From a virus (Duplodnaviria > Caudoviricetes): a DNA stretch of 26,153 nucleotides. Position numbers and translations under genes: made by a program. The number at the start of each line of letters is the position of its first letter. Position 1 is the first letter of the stretch. Location: positions 1-26,153 of IMG/VR virus record IMGVR_UViG_3300033122_000007. One strand, written 5' to 3'. The notes below the pieces were generated by a model that saw nothing but the letters and a program-made list of their open reading frames with translations, was not told the origin of the DNA and did not search any database. Of the stretch, positions 25,286 to 26,153 are shown one piece after another.

Positions 25286-26153
25286 GCCCTCCAACAGGAA
25301 CTGCTACTTTAATAGGAGTCAATTTCTCAATAATCATAGGCATAGGAATAAACTCTAACTGAGATTGCATCGCATATGCTTTTGACATTGAATTTGATTT
25401 ACTATCTAAGTGATTACTACGTGAGTTTGTACCTCTATTAGTAAATATACCCAATGCCTCAGGTTTAACACCTAATTCAGGTGCCATACCTCGAATACCC
25501 TCCATAATAGCATTAGGTCCACCACCTGATATCATACCAGTCACTGTCTTAAATATACCACCAAATCCCATTCTCTCTGCTACATCACCAAACAAACTCA
25601 ATGGAGAGAATCCTGCACCATCCATACCTGTCACTCCAAATGATCCTAATATACCACCTAAACCAGGTATTCCACTTATTATACCTCCTATTCCAGGAAA
25701 TTTATTCATAAATCCACCAATACCACCTAAGAAGTCTTGGAAACCTTGAGGTAAGAAACTGGTAAGACTACCTAGAGCACCAGATATACCACCAGTCATA
25801 AATCCACCTATTGCTTTACCAAATGGATTATTAGACATGAAATTACCAAAGGCAGAATCAGCACCAAAAGTTTTAGGGAAGAATCCACCTAATGCACCTA
25901 GACCACCAGTGATACCTCCCATGATATCACCAGACGCAAATGCAGATACAGCATTCGCTGCTTGCATGAATGGCATAATTGGTGCTAATGCAGGGATAAA
26001 TGGTGCTGCTACACTTAAGATAGGCATAGCAACCTTTGCTATAGAACCTACAACGCTACTTACAGTATTAACAACACCTTTTACAACATTAGTAACACCT
26101 TTAAATATCCTTTTAACAAATCCAAAAAGGTATTCTGGTGGTCTATATCCACC
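25281..26153 (-). CDS. 5'-truncated Gly-rich tail/tape-measure-like protein
   Basis: The frame stays open from 26027 to the window edge (GGYRPPEYLFGFVKRIFKGVTNVVKGVVNTVSSVVGSIAKVA-MP...), so the true start lies outside the window. Confidence 0.7.
   Translation of the reverse strand, partial: GGYRPPEYLFGFVKRIFKGVTNVVKGVVNTVSSVVGSIAKVAMPILSVAAPFIPALAPIMPFMQAANAVSAFASGDIMGGITGGLGALGGFFPKTFGADSAFGNFMSNNPFGKAIGGFMTGGISGALGSLTSFLPQGFQDFLGGIGGFMNKFPGIGGIISGIPGLGGILGSFGVTGMDGAGFSPLSLFGDVAERMGFGGIFKTVTGMISGGGPNAIMEGIRGMAPELGVKPEALGIFTNRGTNSRSNHLDSKSNSMSKAYAMQSQLEFIPMPMIIEKLTPIKVAVPVGGQ

Noticed and set aside
1-26153. CRISPR arrays, tRNA/rRNA genes, introns, inteins, IS elements
   Set aside because: The window is almost fully coding with gaps under about 80 nt, and no corresponding repeats or motifs were seen by eye.

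Overview
This is an AT-rich, densely coding window with every supported gene on the minus strand. It reads as the baseplate/tail-fibre region of a T4-like marine cyanophage (Prochlorococcus/Synechococcus myovirus type). In transcription order (right to left) it contains: two Gly-rich tape-measure/hub-like proteins (the first truncated by the window edge); a gp27-like hub; the auxiliary metabolic genes cp12 and cpeT with three small ORFs; gp5; a sigma70-promoter cassette of four small ORFs, one Phd/YefM-like; three large fibre/structural proteins; a short adaptor followed by four paralogous fibre-like proteins that share an N-terminal module but carry different heads; and a tightly overlapping module made of a fibre-assembly-like protein, a coiled-coil protein, a 'peptidase U32'-family Fe-S protein fused to a SAM methyltransferase, a 2OG-Fe(II) oxygenase and a membrane protein. 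T4-type late promoter motifs (nATAAATA) punctuate the region. The best candidates for an undescribed system are the U32-methyltransferase/oxygenase modification module coupled to a propeller-headed fibre, and the adaptor plus interchangeable-head fibre array. All family calls come from motifs recognised by eye; no database searches were run.
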